Assembly: GCA_963773155.1 (NCBI GenBank)
Contig: CAVZAB010000025.1
Location: forward strand, 210,962-242,961
From: an uncultured Alphaproteobacteria bacterium
GTDB lineage: Bacteria > Pseudomonadota > Alphaproteobacteria > Rhizobiales > Beijerinckiaceae
Direction of reading: 5' to 3'
Length of the DNA: 32,000 bases
The number at the start of each line of letters is the position of its first letter. Within the stretch, counting starts at the first letter, position 1. Position numbers and translations under genes: made by a program. The notes beneath the pieces were generated by a model, which was given only the letters and a program-made list of their open reading frames with translations, ran no database searches and was not told the DNA's origin. Shown here one piece after another: positions 31,159 to 32,000 of the stretch.

Positions 31159-31932
31159 ATGCCAAAGGGATCGATCACAGAATATATGGATGTTGCGCAG
31201 GTTGTACTCTATGCGTTCTGGCTGTTCTTTGCAGGTTTGATCTACTATCTGCGGCAAGAGGATCGCCGGGAAGGGTATCCGCTTGAATCCGAGGTATTTG
31301 GTCGCTCGGACAGGGGGTTTCTGCTGATCCCGGACCCGAAAGTCTTTCATCTTTCCGATGGAACTCAGGTCGAAGCCCCACGGGAGGAATCGGAAACCCG
31401 CGTTATCCGGGCTGCGAAAGTCGCCGATTGGCCTGGCGCTCCCCTGGTACCGACCGGCAATCCGCTTGCTGATGGCGTCGGACCGGCATCCTATGCGCTG
31501 CGTGCCGACAAGGCTGATGTTACCTTCGAGGGCCATCTCAGAATAGTGCCGCTGCGCGTCGCCAAGGGCTATTTCCTCGAGGGACGCGACCCGGATCCGC
31601 GCGGCATGCCGGTTTACGGGGCCGATGGCGTGGTGGCTGGCTCGATTACCGATATCTGGGTGGATCGGGCTAAATCCATCATCCGCTATTATGAAGTGGA
31701 GATCTCGGTGGACGGTTCGCGCCGGCACATTCTGCTGCCAGTCAATTTCGCCGTTGTCAGCGCTTGGCAGAGGAATGTCACGGTCGATGCTATTTTAGCG
31801 AGCCAATTCGCTGGCGTACCGGCAATTCGCAACCCGGACACGGTCACTCGTTTGGAGGAGGAGCGGATTTGCGCCTATTACGGCGGGGGCTATCTCTATG
31901 CGACACCCTCGCGCGCGGAGCCGCTGCTGTGA
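31159..31932 (+). CDS. puhA: Photosynthetic reaction centre H subunit
   Basis: ITEYMDVAQVVLYAFWLFFAGLIYYLRQEDRREGYPLE is the conserved TM helix plus EGYPL motif, followed by a PRC-barrel-like C-terminal part. ATG 31159 is preceded by GGAGG at 5 nt. The ORF-track GTG at 31147 is less likely. Confidence 0.9.
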   Translation: MPKGSITEYMDVAQVVLYAFWLFFAGLIYYLRQEDRREGYPLESEVFGRSDRGFLLIPDPKVFHLSDGTQVEAPREESETRVIRAAKVADWPGAPLVPTGNPLADGVGPASYALRADKADVTFEGHLRIVPLRVAKGYFLEGRDPDPRGMPVYGADGVVAGSITDIWVDRAKSIIRYYEVEISVDGSRRHILLPVNFAVVSAWQRNVTVDAILASQFAGVPAIRNPDTVTRLEEERICAYYGGGYLYATPSRAEPLL

Positions 31933-32000
31933 GCGGGCGCGAAAAGGTTGCCGTGCGGGATGTGCCTGAGCTGCTGCCTCCTGGCGAACACCTCCTCTGG
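31929..32000 (+). CDS. puhB: PuhB (RC-LH1 assembly factor), N-terminal fragment running off the right edge
   Basis: The GTG at 31929 overlaps the puhA stop (GTGA). My own translation is VSGREKVAVRDVPELLPPGEHLLW. The LPxGExxLW motif and the position after puhA match PuhB. Only 24 codons are visible. Confidence 0.55.
   Translation, partial: MSGREKVAVRDVPELLPPGEHLLW

Overview
This window is an alphaproteobacterial-type photosynthesis gene cluster (PGC) from about 8.4 kb to the right edge, preceded by an accessory and housekeeping flank. All calls come from reading translations by eye, with no searches run. From 1 to 5745 there is a compact cyclic-nucleotide (cNMP) signalling island. It holds a class-I-type cNMP phosphodiesterase-like gene, which lies on the minus strand, runs off the left edge and is absent from the ORF track. 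It also holds an MloK1-like cNMP-gated K+ channel, an ABC exporter-like protein with a catalytically degenerate and greatly expanded NBD, and a stand-alone cNMP-binding protein. A crotonase, cytochrome c2 and ispH follow. The PGC part reads bchI-bchD-bchO-crtI-crtB (+), then orf95-tspO-bchP-PucC-like MFS-ppsR-ppaA (-), then bchF-N-B-H-L-M-lhaA-puhA-puhB' (+). The most striking observation is that seven PGC genes (bchI, tspO, the PucC-like gene, bchB, bchH, bchL, lhaA) are each split by a single +1 nucleotide insertion. Six of the seven insertions duplicate the A or T inside what would otherwise be a GANTC (CcrM-type methylation) motif. That pattern suggests motif-specific sequencing or assembly error, or an unusual site-specific mutational process, more than ordinary gene decay. 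Three PpsR/CrtJ-type TGT-N12-ACA palindromes sit at operon starts: cycA/ispH, crtI and the PucC-like operon. bchG, crtA, crtCDEF, bchCXYZ and puf are not in the window. I recognised no tRNA, rRNA, CRISPR array or IS element.
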